Part shown: positions 18,398 to 28,468 of the stretch, piece by piece
How positions within the stretch are numbered: position 1 is the stretch's first letter
Layout: the number at the start of each line of letters is the position of its first letter
Virus record (IMG/VR): IMGVR_UViG_3300032007_000028
Length of the DNA stretch: 64,000 nucleotides
From: a virus
Taxonomy: Duplodnaviria; Caudoviricetes
Reading direction: 5' to 3' (one strand)
Translations under genes and position numbers: made by a program
The notes under the pieces: generated by a model
Told to the model about the DNA's origin: nothing
What the model saw: only the letters and a program-made list of their open reading frames with translations
The model's database searches: none

Positions 18398-18838
18398 TCA
18401 TCGCATACCCGTCGAGCCCATTCTTCCCTCGCCACGTTCTGTCGTGTACAATTCGTCTGTAGTGAACAGCGAGAAGTTTGGTATGCTGAGAAATACGAGT
18501 TGGCTTATTTTATCGCCCTTTCGCACGATGTAATCGTCGTCAGAATTGTTATACAGTTTGATGATAATCGGCCCCGTATAGCCAGCGTCGATTACGCCTT
18601 CGTTCACTATCGAATATTTGCAGTTCATTCCGCTTTTCGATTTAAGAAACCCGACATAACCACTCGGTATCTGAATGTGAACTCCAGTATCGAACACACA
18701 ACTTGAGTGCGCTTTTACGACCTCGTCAGTTCTGCTGTACATGTCGAATCCCGCGTCGTCTTCGTGCGCTTTCGTTGGGGCTTTCGCCCCGTCGTCCAGT
18801 TTCATCCTCACGAAGATTGTAGGTCTAATGTTTTCCAT
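18398..18838 (-). CDS. dut: trimeric dUTPase
   Basis: DAGFD, KSG, GVIDAGYTG, KISQL, RGEGRMGSTG. Confidence 0.95.
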   Translation of the reverse strand: MENIRPTIFVRMKLDDGAKAPTKAHEDDAGFDMYSRTDEVVKAHSSCVFDTGVHIQIPSGYVGFLKSKSGMNCKYSIVNEGVIDAGYTGPIIIKLYNNSDDDYIVRKGDKISQLVFLSIPNFSLFTTDELYTTERGEGRMGSTGMR

Positions 18839-19799
18839 ATATCTTCTTCCATTCGTCAGACCCGATTATCGGCAAAGCGTCGAATTCGCTTTCCGTCAAG
18901 TCGTTGACGTCCTTTCCCTCTTTCATCAATATAATGTCTACGAACACGTCTTTGCGTATGTTCTTAAGGAATCTGTCGATTCCCTTTCTGCCAGCGTCGT
19001 CGCCATCGAAGCACAGATAATAATGTCTTATTTGACTTTTATTCAGTAAGTCGTATTGATACGACGTACCAGTCCCGAACAGCGCGATTGATGGGATGCC
19101 CCATCCCCATGCCGTCAGACAGTTCATCTGAGACTCTACGACCGTGACTTCTTTGATTCCGTTCCTCTTCACGACGTTGAGCAGATATACGGGCTTCTCT
19201 TTGTTGGAGTCAATCATGAACGCCTTCGATTCCACGCTTCGTCTCGTGAACATGTACAGATTGTCGTCTTCGTCCCATACGGGGAATACTATGCTTTTCG
19301 TCTTTGGGTCGTACTTGACGCCGAATCGTTCGCAGACTGCTCTCGACAGCTTTCTCTTTTCCATATAAGGATGCCAAGACTGCATCGAGTTCAATACGGA
19401 CGAGTCGATGAATTCTTTTTTGGTTTCGCCCAACTCTATCGCTTCCAACTCAAGGGGTCTGTCTACGAGCGTGTTTCCGAATCTGCTCAACAGCCATCTT
19501 TTTCCGAACTCGTCGTCAGCATCGAAGCACTCACCGACGAAATGATACAACGGTCCACGCTCTCCGCACGTGAAGCAATACATCGTACCGTATTCGACGT
19601 CTTTCGATGAACCACAGTAGACATGACACGACGGATGATTCTCTCTGCCGTCTTTGTGATGCGGGCAAGTCACGAAATAGTTGTCACCATTTCGTTCATA
19701 CGCACGAAGTTTGCCATTCGTCAGTTCTGACTTAATCGTTCTGAGAATGTTCTCGATTGGTTCGTCAATCAAACGACCATCTATAATCAAATCTGACAT
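18825..19799 (-). CDS. DNA primase (CHC2 Zn finger + TOPRIM)
   Basis: CPHH..HPSC..CFTC; VVES; FDGDDAG; KDVND. Confidence 0.9.
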   Translation of the reverse strand: MSDLIIDGRLIDEPIENILRTIKSELTNGKLRAYERNGDNYFVTCPHHKDGRENHPSCHVYCGSSKDVEYGTMYCFTCGERGPLYHFVGECFDADDEFGKRWLLSRFGNTLVDRPLELEAIELGETKKEFIDSSVLNSMQSWHPYMEKRKLSRAVCERFGVKYDPKTKSIVFPVWDEDDNLYMFTRRSVESKAFMIDSNKEKPVYLLNVVKRNGIKEVTVVESQMNCLTAWGWGIPSIALFGTGTSYQYDLLNKSQIRHYYLCFDGDDAGRKGIDRFLKNIRKDVFVDIILMKEGKDVNDLTESEFDALPIIGSDEWKKIYGKH

Positions 19800-21064
19800 C
19801 AGAAGCAATCCTCGCCTTCGACCCCGTATCTGCTTTCGAGTTGTTCGGGCTGCACGCTTACTCCGTCGTCTTCGTTCGGAATGAACACGAATTCGCCCTT
19901 GTTCAAATCGACTTTATACGTCAGCACGTTGCCGTTTGCCGTGTCGCGGGATTTCACGAGCGTCAATTTCATGATATCGTTGTCCTTTTCGATGAACACG
20001 ATGAGCGTACTGTCTTGACCGATTCTATCGGACTGCGCGATTTGGGTGGTGTCTACGTTGCCACTTTCGGTGGTCGTTCTGTTCTGCTGAGATACGCTGA
20101 TAATCGGAATGCGTTTCATCACTTGCAACAACTTAAGGTCTTTGGAGATGTTGCTCATCTTCTCAACGGGAGTTTTGCCCCTACGAGCGTCCTCCAACAA
20201 TGACAACTGGTCGATGAACAGAATGTCCAAATGCTCTTTCTCTATGAATGCACGTAACGCATTGACGTCGGCTGGACCCGCAATCGTGTTCGGCGTGATT
20301 ACCTTAATGGAGCCCTTGAACATCGTGGGTAACGCTTCGATATACGCACGATACTCATTCATCACACTTTCGTTGCCATGAACGAGCGCGCCATTGCTGA
20401 TGTGACCAATCAACGTATCGAGACGATAGCCAACCTTGCGCTCGCTCATTTCACCGCTGTAGATACCGACGTTGAGACCTTGAGCGCAGGCTGCGCTTGC
20501 GCACTTCAACAGAATCCACGACTTACCATAGTTCGTGCGAGCGACAATTGTAGCTAGTTCTTCTTCCCTGTCGAAGCCGCCGATGATAGCGTCAAGTTCG
20601 CGAAAACCAGTAGAAACATAGTACTTATCAAGTTGCTTGGTCCTATCTACGTAGGCATCGTATCTGCTGACGTCTTTCAGCAAGTCCACGCTTGTGATTG
20701 CGGAGCCCGATTTCAAAGTCTCTTGAGACGTTCTGTAAAGACTCATCGCTTCATCCACTTTATCGGAAAGAAGAAGCGTTTTGATTCGATTGAATATCTC
20801 GGCCAGCCTACGTGTGTTGTAATCGTCTTCCAAAGTGGCGAGAAGATACGAATCGCTCTCATTCACCTCGATGACGTCGAAGTTCTTGAATTTATCGACG
20901 AAGGTGGCCAAATCGCATACGTTGCCATATTTCTGATAGTGCTCTAAGATGAATCTGAACTCATTCTTATAATCGGAAAAATAGTCCTCGTTGAGGTTAT
21001 TGAGAGTGACCATCGACAGGTCACCACTTCTGAGAATCCTATTCAATACTTGAAGTTGTATCAT
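19799..21064 (-). CDS. dnaB: replicative DnaB-like helicase
   Basis: TGFRELD, ARTNYGKS, SGEM, IDQL, SQQNR, IGQDST. Confidence 0.92.
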   Translation of the reverse strand: MIQLQVLNRILRSGDLSMVTLNNLNEDYFSDYKNEFRFILEHYQKYGNVCDLATFVDKFKNFDVIEVNESDSYLLATLEDDYNTRRLAEIFNRIKTLLLSDKVDEAMSLYRTSQETLKSGSAITSVDLLKDVSRYDAYVDRTKQLDKYYVSTGFRELDAIIGGFDREEELATIVARTNYGKSWILLKCASAACAQGLNVGIYSGEMSERKVGYRLDTLIGHISNGALVHGNESVMNEYRAYIEALPTMFKGSIKVITPNTIAGPADVNALRAFIEKEHLDILFIDQLSLLEDARRGKTPVEKMSNISKDLKLLQVMKRIPIISVSQQNRTTTESGNVDTTQIAQSDRIGQDSTLIVFIEKDNDIMKLTLVKSRDTANGNVLTYKVDLNKGEFVFIPNEDDGVSVQPEQLESRYGVEGEDCF

Positions 21065-21074
21065 CCTTTACGCC

Positions 21075-21758
21075 TCACAGTCTCAATGCGCGTTTATCCG
21101 CGCCAAACAATTCCACGTCGTCGGAGTTGAGAACGATTCTGGAGTAGAGTCTGTCCCCAACGGCCGAGTGAAGTTCTTCGTTCGTCAGATTGGACGTGAA
21201 TATGTTCGCTTTACCACAATCCAATCGAGTGTTCAGAAAGTTCAATACGTTCTCGTGTTCGAACTGCGTCAGACCTTTCGTGCCGACTTCGTCCCATACG
21301 ACGAGATGAGCGTTCGCTATGTTCGACTTTATTCTCGTAACATAGTCGCTCTTGCTGTCGATATTGTTCTTCAACTCAACGAGCAGTCTAGGTACGTGCA
21401 CGAACAACACGATACAATCGTCTACGCGCGCCTTTGCCCACATCTTATTCACGTAAGCTTGCAACATACGCAAAGCCCACGAAGTCTTACCGTTTCCAGT
21501 GGTCGTGGAATGAATGTAAAGATTACCACCAGACTCGACGAAGTTCACGATGTGCTTCTCGATTCCAGCGAGATACTCGAACGAATCGGCATCTCGTTCG
21601 TCTGCGTCGAGAACGAGCGAAGTCCTTCGTCTCTGCTTTTCCGATAGCATGCCGTTATCGTATAGTCTTTCCGTTTTGTATCGCCTAAGACAAAAGCAAT
21701 CACAGTCGATGTGATTGCATCTGTCGATTAGCGTGCAGTTCTTGTTTTCGTCAATCAT
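21075..21758 (-). CDS. DnaC/IstB-like helicase loader ATPase
   Basis: N-terminal Cys cluster, TGNGKTS, VWDEVG, FTSN, DRLYSRI. Confidence 0.85.
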   Translation of the reverse strand: MIDENKNCTLIDRCNHIDCDCFCLRRYKTERLYDNGMLSEKQRRRTSLVLDADERDADSFEYLAGIEKHIVNFVESGGNLYIHSTTTGNGKTSWALRMLQAYVNKMWAKARVDDCIVLFVHVPRLLVELKNNIDSKSDYVTRIKSNIANAHLVVWDEVGTKGLTQFEHENVLNFLNTRLDCGKANIFTSNLTNEELHSAVGDRLYSRIVLNSDDVELFGADKRALRL

Positions 21759-21771
21759 GTCTTATATTATA

Positions 21772-22239
21772 TCAGCGTTGGCATTCAAACCAGCGTTCTT
21801 TGTCGCAATATCTCGAACCATCGAGCGTGAAGTGGGCGTCTGAGCGACTGTTGAGCCACGCGGTCTTGATGAACGCGGTGCCATCGTATTTGCCAAGTCC
21901 CTTGTTCCATTTCGGCGCAATCACGACGACGAGGTCCTGATTTGCCCCATATGGGATGCGAACGCAGTATTTCGTGACGAGCCAGCCAGCGACGCCGAAG
22001 TCGTAATAGCCTTTGGAGTACTCGATTTCGAACGCTTCGAAGGTTTCGGTCTTGAGTCGTTCAAGACAGTTGATGACCGCCTGACCAAGATAGTCGTGGC
22101 TTCTGTCTTCGCGATTCGACACGTGCTCTTGAAGATGTCGAGAAAGTTCGTAGTCTTTGAACGAGCTTTCAGCGAGTTTTAGTTTCTCGTCGATGCCATT
22201 TGGGTAGAACACGTCTTTGTGGAACAGTAATGAGAACAT
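21772..22239 (-). CDS. hypothetical protein
   Basis: Own promoter TTGACG-N17-TATACT (22269-22297) and SD. Confidence 0.75.
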   Translation of the reverse strand: MFSLLFHKDVFYPNGIDEKLKLAESSFKDYELSRHLQEHVSNREDRSHDYLGQAVINCLERLKTETFEAFEIEYSKGYYDFGVAGWLVTKYCVRIPYGANQDLVVVIAPKWNKGLGKYDGTAFIKTAWLNSRSDAHFTLDGSRYCDKERWFECQR

Positions 22240-22297
22240 TTTGATTACCTCTTGTTTATCTACTAATAAGTATATAGAGACAACTCGACTTCGTCAA

Positions 22298-23014
22298 CTA
22301 AAACCTTTTCGAGCTTATGCTTTCTCGCGAAGCCACGTTCAACTCGCTCTTACGCGTGGGACCAAGATTCAACGCGCTCTGCTTCTCGAACGCGTCAATC
22401 GCCCACAGGCAGTTGGAATACTGATTTGCGATTGCCAAGTCGATGATTGCGTCAATCTTCTTCTGGTCGTCTTTGGCGTACGTCAGAAGCGTCTTCTGAA
22501 ACATCTCGACCGTATCCTTCGTTATCTTCCTCGACGAAGACAGAGAGTCAACCCATTTGCACAGCGACTGCTTGATGGCTTCATCGTCGACGGTTATGTG
22601 ATTCTTCAGTGCGTTGTTGATGCGTACTTTCTTCGAACGTTTTGCGTCTCCGTTCAATTTCTTCAAAGAAGTTTTTATTTCGTTGACGAATTTGCTATCG
22701 TTTCTCGTAAGCAACTCCGCCTCCCGCTTTACGTCAATCGAACACCAAGCGACGTCGTTTTCAATCACACACTCAACCCAATTGACCGCAGACAGCACAT
22801 TCAGCGCGTTTTTGACTTCGGTCGAAGACAGCGACGTATCGTTCGACAGGTCTGAAATCATGACGCCGAATTTTCCCTTCATGTCGTCCCGTCTCAATGC
22901 GCTGGAACTTTTCGCATAGACATTGAGAATCGTTGCGCACACAGTCGCGTTAAGACCGATTCGCTTCGCGACTTTCATGCTTACTCTGATGAACTCGTAA
23001 TCATCAAGCGACAT
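22298..23014 (-). CDS. putative replication initiator (winged-helix N-terminus)
   Basis: VAKRIGLNA..wHTH-like LSNDTSLS..EVKNALNVL; lies upstream of the loader and helicase genes. Confidence 0.5.
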   Translation of the reverse strand: MSLDDYEFIRVSMKVAKRIGLNATVCATILNVYAKSSSALRRDDMKGKFGVMISDLSNDTSLSSTEVKNALNVLSAVNWVECVIENDVAWCSIDVKREAELLTRNDSKFVNEIKTSLKKLNGDAKRSKKVRINNALKNHITVDDEAIKQSLCKWVDSLSSSRKITKDTVEMFQKTLLTYAKDDQKKIDAIIDLAIANQYSNCLWAIDAFEKQSALNLGPTRKSELNVASRESISSKRF

Positions 23015-23927
23015 ATGAACTCAACTCCTCGCTTTGACGAAGACTGCGCATGCCGTCGTTGATGGTCGCACACAACTTGCGATGATTCATGCGAGCGAGA
23101 CTATTCACGACGTTTTTCACGTCTTCGTAACTGCATCCGTATTTGTATGCGAATCTGGCGATGAACGAGTCGTCGAGATTCTCCACGTGGTCGATGAGCT
23201 GTTGCTTGGAGAACGTCCAGTACGAACGATACATACCAGTATCGACTTCGTTTCCCTCTTCATCGTGAAGAACGATTGTACCAGACTTGTCCTTCCGCTG
23301 ATTGAACACGTCGTAATTCAAGATTGAATCGACGATAATCGCTTCGAGGTATTCGCGTTTGATGAGAAGTTTTTCGACGATGTCGGAACAAGACACGTCA
23401 CCGATGAAGTCTTCAGTTTCGCCAATCGTATCTTCGAGGGTCCTCGACTCATCGACTGCATCGTTGAGGATGGACAGCCCCTGCATCATTTCATTCTTCT
23501 TGAAGTTGGAGAATTGATAGAATCTGGCACGGGCCGACGAAATAGCCTGATTGATGCATTTCTCGGCGCCACGCTTGTCTTTGCTGATGGACTTATTATC
23601 GTCTTCCCAAGATTGATAATGACACGCCTTCTCGATGCCGTCATACACCCACGAGATGACGTCGTAGATTGATACGTTCTTGCTGTTCGAGCTTTTCTGA
23701 TATAGATAGGGTACGACGTGCCAATAACGCACCATAAGGGCGGACAGATATTGGGACTTCGCGATTTCGTCTTTGCGCTTTCTGGCGTCGCAATATCCAT
23801 TAGCCAATTCCGTGATATCATACGGAACGTCTTCTTTTTGACCCACGATGAACCCGTCGATTGACGAGGCCGACGATACGAATTGTGAGTACATCGTCGA
23901 GAACGTGTATTTGTCTTCTTTTGTCAT
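23004..23927 (-). CDS. putative phage sigma-like transcription factor
   Basis: Sigma region-2-like helices (ALMVRYWH..YDVISWVYDGIEKA..INQAI..R..Y) and a C-terminal HTH-like segment ending I..GMRSLR; strong sigmaA promoter. Confidence 0.45.
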   Translation of the reverse strand: MTKEDKYTFSTMYSQFVSSASSIDGFIVGQKEDVPYDITELANGYCDARKRKDEIAKSQYLSALMVRYWHVVPYLYQKSSNSKNVSIYDVISWVYDGIEKACHYQSWEDDNKSISKDKRGAEKCINQAISSARARFYQFSNFKKNEMMQGLSILNDAVDESRTLEDTIGETEDFIGDVSCSDIVEKLLIKREYLEAIIVDSILNYDVFNQRKDKSGTIVLHDEEGNEVDTGMYRSYWTFSKQQLIDHVENLDDSFIARFAYKYGCSYEDVKNVVNSLARMNHRKLCATINDGMRSLRQSEELSSYVA

Positions 23928-23960
23928 GATTGATTCCTCCAAAGATGTCTACGACTACAC

Positions 23961-23988
23961 ATTATAGTCGTTTTTCGTCGATTGTCAA
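23961..23988 (-). promoter_or_regulatory. sigma70/sigmaA-type promoter
   Basis: TTGACA-N16-TATAAT. Confidence 0.8.
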
Positions 23989-24000
23989 CTAGAGAAAATC

Positions 24001-24027
24001 AAAAAGACAAGCGATTACTTGTCTTTT
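24001..24027. terminator. intrinsic (bidirectional-type) terminator
   Basis: AAAAGACAAG-cgatta-CTTGTCTTTT. Confidence 0.75.
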
Positions 24028-24040
24028 CGAGAACACGTTA

Positions 24041-24520
24041 TTACTTGGGCCTCTTTATGAGGTCCCTATGATTCCACAGATAATCGACGAATTGCTTCCA
24101 GTTCATTCGCAACTGCGTGTACACATCAAGTTTCTCGCCACAACTGAGATTCACGGAAGCAGAGTAGAAATGACCCCACTCATTGAGACACCCTTTTCGC
24201 TCTTCTACGAGTCTGTCGATTTCCTCCGAGTCGATGCGAGGTGTCCACGACGTGGCCACGAACTCCCATTCGTATTTCGCCCAGAAATAGTATCGCATAA
24301 TCGACACCAGTCCATCTTCGAACTTCCCGAAATCGTCCTTGCATTCTTTCTTGAGTTCGTAAAGTTCGTGTTTCAGCGAACCATGGTCGAACACATTATA
24401 GACGATGATGGCGTCTTGCTCTCTGACGATTACGTTCCAAATGAGCTTTTTATCGCATTCGTCGATGTCGTTACTGCCGTAGGTGTAGTATGAGAATGTT
24501 TCCTTTTCGTTTTTGACCAT
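24041..24520 (-). CDS. hypothetical protein
   Basis: 159 aa with AAAGG SD; YNVFDH..YYFWAKYEWE..KLDVY.Q. Confidence 0.75.
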   Translation of the reverse strand: MVKNEKETFSYYTYGSNDIDECDKKLIWNVIVREQDAIIVYNVFDHGSLKHELYELKKECKDDFGKFEDGLVSIMRYYFWAKYEWEFVATSWTPRIDSEEIDRLVEERKGCLNEWGHFYSASVNLSCGEKLDVYTQLRMNWKQFVDYLWNHRDLIKRPK

Positions 24521-24532
24521 TTCGTTTTCCTT

Positions 24533-25150
24533 TCATTTTCCCATGAGCAGATATGAGTACGCAAGATAGTACCAGTCGTAGTCGGTAGGCAGTTCGTGAG
24601 GCTCATGGTCTTTAACGAACATCATTGCACGCCACGGCTCGCTGGTCATCACGACAATCGCATCCTCCAACTCGATTGCGCTGGAATATTCGTCGATGCC
24701 CTCTTTCAATACGACGTCAAGATTGTTTTCGCGCAATTTCTTCAGTCTTCGTTTCCCAAGTCTCTTGTTCCAAGACATGTATTTTTCGTACAGACCCTCA
24801 TTGACGCGATACTCATGATGAATGTCGTACCACGTGGAGAATATCACAGTAGACGCGACCGAATACCTCGATTCGTCCTTGGCGTAGATATCGAAGAATT
24901 CCCTCTTGACCCATCTATATGCTTTTCGACTGGTCGTCAATCGCTTTGCGTTCTCGAAGAACGAGACGAAGAATCTATGCAACTCCCTTTCTGCTACCGA
25001 CCACAGATGCAACTCTTCTTTTGAGTCTATCGACCTGATTGTTCGGCGCGTCCAGGCGATTTTTTGGGCGAATATGTTAAAGACATCTTCGTAATTTATT
25101 TTCGTACGCTTTTTACCACTTGTTTTCTTGTTTTTGATTCGCATAAACAT
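24533..25150 (-). CDS. hypothetical protein
   Basis: 205-aa ORF. Confidence 0.7.
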   Translation of the reverse strand: MFMRIKNKKTSGKKRTKINYEDVFNIFAQKIAWTRRTIRSIDSKEELHLWSVAERELHRFFVSFFENAKRLTTSRKAYRWVKREFFDIYAKDESRYSVASTVIFSTWYDIHHEYRVNEGLYEKYMSWNKRLGKRRLKKLRENNLDVVLKEGIDEYSSAIELEDAIVVMTSEPWRAMMFVKDHEPHELPTDYDWYYLAYSYLLMGK

Positions 25151-25208
25151 TTCTCGATTATATTATACAAAGAAGACGCGCTGTCGAGCACGTCTTTTTC
25201 GACACTAT

Positions 25209-25481
25209 CTATGCGTCGAAGTCTATCTCTTTCTTGTCGAGCATCTTGTTGAACTTGTCGAGAACGTTTCTGCTGTTCGGACTACCGAACACATAGCCAT
25301 CTTCCCCGACTGTTTCTTTGTCACGAGAGATGATGGTGGTGCGCTTGCATCTCATATAGCACTTTTTGCTTTGAAGGACGTGAATCAGCTTCTTCTCGCA
25401 CTCTTCAATCGATTTCCCTGGCCAGAGATGGATTGTACCGTCATTCGAGTAGAATACGGCGTAGTAGACTTTGTCTTCCAT
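25209..25481 (-). CDS. hypothetical early protein
   Basis: AAGGAGG SD, consensus promoter upstream. Confidence 0.75.
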   Translation of the reverse strand: MEDKVYYAVFYSNDGTIHLWPGKSIEECEKKLIHVLQSKKCYMRCKRTTIISRDKETVGEDGYVFGSPNSRNVLDKFNKMLDKKEIDFDA

Positions 25482-25510
25482 GATGATGCCTCCTTGAGTT
25501 TCCTCGACTT

Positions 25511-25539
25511 ATTATAGCATCGCGAAAGTAACTTGTCAA
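25511..25539 (-). promoter_or_regulatory. consensus sigmaA promoter with extended -10
   Basis: TTGACA-N17-TATAAT with TG at -15/-14. Confidence 0.85.
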
Positions 25540-25586
25540 GCGAACAAAAAACGAACGACGGTTAAGTCAGCTCGTTTTCTATCGCG

Positions 25587-26171
25587 TTATTGTTCTTTGC
25601 TAGGGTCGATGATGTAACGTTCTGGATTACCTAAAGGCGCTTGTCTGAACTTGTATGTGATGTTTTCCCACACTTCGTTTCCAAACATGTCTTTGGTTTT
25701 CTCGAACATCAACTGGTTGCTCCAAGGGAACTGGAGGACGCCACAATTCTTCTTATGCCATTCCTCGACGGGCCCCTCGGGAAGAATCCAACGACCAATC
25801 TTGTACAAGTCTAGACAATTCAGAAGTTTTGTGTTTAGAAACTCTCGACCGCTGTAGATACCTACTTTTAGGTCTTTATATTTTTCGTGGATGTAATTCG
25901 CGATTCTGACGACGTCGTCGTGATTGCTGTCCCCACCCATCAAGCCGAAGCATGTAATCCCTGGATGTTCTTCAATCAGCTTATCGACTTCTTCATTCGT
26001 CAATTCGGTCCCAACATAGGGCATAAGCCACGGCTCAGAACAGTGCGAGCACATTCCGGGGCACCCCGATATGTTTACGCAAAGCGTTGTTTCCTCCGGA
26101 AATTCCGAGAACGTGACCGCTACGTCATAATATTTCAACGGCTTATTATAGCCAACGGTGTTTTCGCTCAT
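25587..26171 (-). CDS. nrdG: anaerobic ribonucleotide reductase activase (radical SAM)
   Basis: CPGMCSHC (CxxxCxxC), MGGD, NQ. Confidence 0.9.
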   Translation of the reverse strand: MSENTVGYNKPLKYYDVAVTFSEFPEETTLCVNISGCPGMCSHCSEPWLMPYVGTELTNEEVDKLIEEHPGITCFGLMGGDSNHDDVVRIANYIHEKYKDLKVGIYSGREFLNTKLLNCLDLYKIGRWILPEGPVEEWHKKNCGVLQFPWSNQLMFEKTKDMFGNEVWENITYKFRQAPLGNPERYIIDPSKEQ

Positions 26172-26203
26172 CTATGCATAAATCCTTTCTCTTATATTAT
26201 ACA

Positions 26204-28087
26204 TCAGTCGCTCAGATGATTGTATGCCCTCTTCGCGGCTTCTTTCTGGCGCACTTCGCTGAAATTGCTGACTCTCTTGAGATATCCGATGATTCTCGTC
26301 GCGTAGTCAATGTCTTTAGAACCGCATTCAGGACACTCTGTAAGCATTCGCTTGTCTATGTGACCACAGTGATTGCATACCGTTGAAGGGATATTGTATG
26401 TAAAGTAGCTACAGCCTGCGTTTATTGCGACATTCATCAAGTGTCTATACTGTTTTTTCGAAAGTATTTCGTGAAGATTACAGTGATATGCAGAACCGCC
26501 ATCTAAGCAACCTATAAAGTCTTTTCCTTGAAGATACATTTTTGTAATTGGGTCATACGTATCGTCTTCGACTGGATAGAAGTATGAATTATAGCATTCT
26601 CTGCAAGACGGTACCCAATACCCATCCTCTTTATCCCATTTGTAGTGTTTGGGCCCAACCGATTCCCCAGGAATCATCTCGGTATTGAACTTACAGCGTT
26701 CAGTACGATGCTCTTTATTCAATTCTTTTATTGTTTCGAGAACGTCCTTTGCGAACTGCTTATATTGCTCGTTATTCGGCAATATCTTGATTCCATTATA
26801 TTTCGTATCAGACTTCATCCCCAAGAATTCTGCCGCCTCGATGAATCCGTTAAAGCCAACAGTAAGATATTGTCTGTTCAAATCGATAAAGCCTGCGCTG
26901 TATACAGTCAGCAGACCGGCATCAAAGTCGTCCCACAACTTATTATTCCAACTTTCGAGATATTTATGAACTCTGCAAACAATTGGCGTTATGTATTCTT
27001 TAAGTGTACACTCTTCTTTTATTTTATACCAATCCTGAACTATTCTATTTACGTTCAGAGTTATAACTCTCTTCGAACCAGTTTCTATACCACCGGCGCC
27101 AAGAGTATAAGAGAATGCGTTGTCTTCTATTGAGTTTTTTAATCGACAGCAGGAACTCAACGCATCTACGGAATCGGAGTTGTATAAGAAGAACGAGTGA
27201 CCTTCTGCCCACATCTCTGCTGTGAAATCTGCCATCTCCTCGTCAAGATATTTCTTACCGTCATGCAATAAATTCATTGTCTCAACAGGAAAAGTGAGTA
27301 TTTCGTGAGTGCGCTCTTTATTGAACCACTTCATGAACATCTTCTGAAGTTCCTTTGTGGTTTCCCAACAAGGCTCGTCGCCGTCAGGGAAGAAGAAATC
27401 TTTGAATAGAGACTTAAAATAGAACTCGTCGTAATATGCAATGTTCGTAAATGGACTTTGATAGTTTCTACTGCCAGCAGGCTGATTCACTGAATAAACG
27501 AACTGCTGAAACCAGTCTTCAATCTTACCTCTAAGAGTCTGCTTTCTATTGCCAAAAACTTCAACAACGTCATCGAGGTGTTTTATGTACTCTTCGCCGT
27601 AGTCTATACGAAGAAAATGGTCCATGTACGGAAGAAATTCTACAATAGCTACAGCGCCGGCAAATTGACCAGCAATCAAGAACACAAGATTTATTAGACC
27701 GCCTATGTAACTGTTCGTATGTTTTGGCGCGTCACTACTGCCACCAAGTTGTTTCAAACCATTCAAAATAAAAGGATACAAAGAAATTGAGCAACAGTAC
27801 GGATAGCCGCCAAGAGTAGACTCGTCATTTGTATAGATTATATGATTTTTTAGGTCGTTTTGATATGCATCAGCCAAATCTTCACCAAAATCTCTAATCA
27901 AATATCTTCTAGCAATCTCTCTTTGAACGTCTATACCTAATTTTTTGATAGACTCAGACGTCATTGTGGCGATATTTCGACTTGTCACATTTGCGTTTTG
28001 GTCATACGTAGATAGAGTTGCTGGATTCTTATTAGAATCATGATATTTGTCAAAGAAATTCATTATTTCTTGAATGCGCTTTTCCAT
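26204..28087 (-). CDS. nrdD: anaerobic ribonucleoside-triphosphate reductase
   Basis: PYCCS, SCCRL, CNHC..CPEC Zn site, glycyl-radical motif RIIGYL. Confidence 0.95.
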   Translation of the reverse strand: MEKRIQEIMNFFDKYHDSNKNPATLSTYDQNANVTSRNIATMTSESIKKLGIDVQREIARRYLIRDFGEDLADAYQNDLKNHIIYTNDESTLGGYPYCCSISLYPFILNGLKQLGGSSDAPKHTNSYIGGLINLVFLIAGQFAGAVAIVEFLPYMDHFLRIDYGEEYIKHLDDVVEVFGNRKQTLRGKIEDWFQQFVYSVNQPAGSRNYQSPFTNIAYYDEFYFKSLFKDFFFPDGDEPCWETTKELQKMFMKWFNKERTHEILTFPVETMNLLHDGKKYLDEEMADFTAEMWAEGHSFFLYNSDSVDALSSCCRLKNSIEDNAFSYTLGAGGIETGSKRVITLNVNRIVQDWYKIKEECTLKEYITPIVCRVHKYLESWNNKLWDDFDAGLLTVYSAGFIDLNRQYLTVGFNGFIEAAEFLGMKSDTKYNGIKILPNNEQYKQFAKDVLETIKELNKEHRTERCKFNTEMIPGESVGPKHYKWDKEDGYWVPSCRECYNSYFYPVEDDTYDPITKMYLQGKDFIGCLDGGSAYHCNLHEILSKKQYRHLMNVAINAGCSYFTYNIPSTVCNHCGHIDKRMLTECPECGSKDIDYATRIIGYLKRVSNFSEVRQKEAAKRAYNHLSD

Positions 28088-28105
28088 AAACAACCTCTTT
28101 TAATA

Positions 28106-28315
28106 TTATTTTCTTTCCTTAATCCAGCGAATTATCGCAGGCCCCTCTATTCTGTTACCGTCGACTTCAAGCGTCGGCGTATGCGTTATGCCAATAGATT
28201 TCATGTGTTCTATGTCTTTGCAGGACTCATGTTCAATTGCATTTTTATTCAGCAACATCTCAACCGTTCTGCACATACCGCACGAATCTTGATGATATAA
28301 TACAACTTTACTCAT
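28106..28315 (-). CDS. glutaredoxin-like protein
   Basis: CGMC, TPTLEVDG. Confidence 0.85.
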   Translation of the reverse strand: MSKVVLYHQDSCGMCRTVEMLLNKNAIEHESCKDIEHMKSIGITHTPTLEVDGNRIEGPAIIRWIKERK

Positions 28316-28433
28316 CGTAACCTTCTTCCTCCGCTAATCTGATACATTCGCTCAACGCTTTCAATTCCTCGTAATCCAAGTCGTCGAAAACATTGTCGTC
28401 TTTCAAATAACTTTCGTCACCGAAGACATCCAT
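28308..28433 (-). CDS. small acidic protein (41 aa, absent from ORF track)
   Basis: MDVFGDESYLKDDNVFDDLDYEELKALSECIRLAEEEGYDE; AAAGGAG SD; GCTAAATT motif upstream. Confidence 0.65.
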   Translation of the reverse strand: MDVFGDESYLKDDNVFDDLDYEELKALSECIRLAEEEGYDE

Positions 28434-28468
28434 ACTCTATGGTCTCCTTTCGTCTGTGTGCTCTGAAT

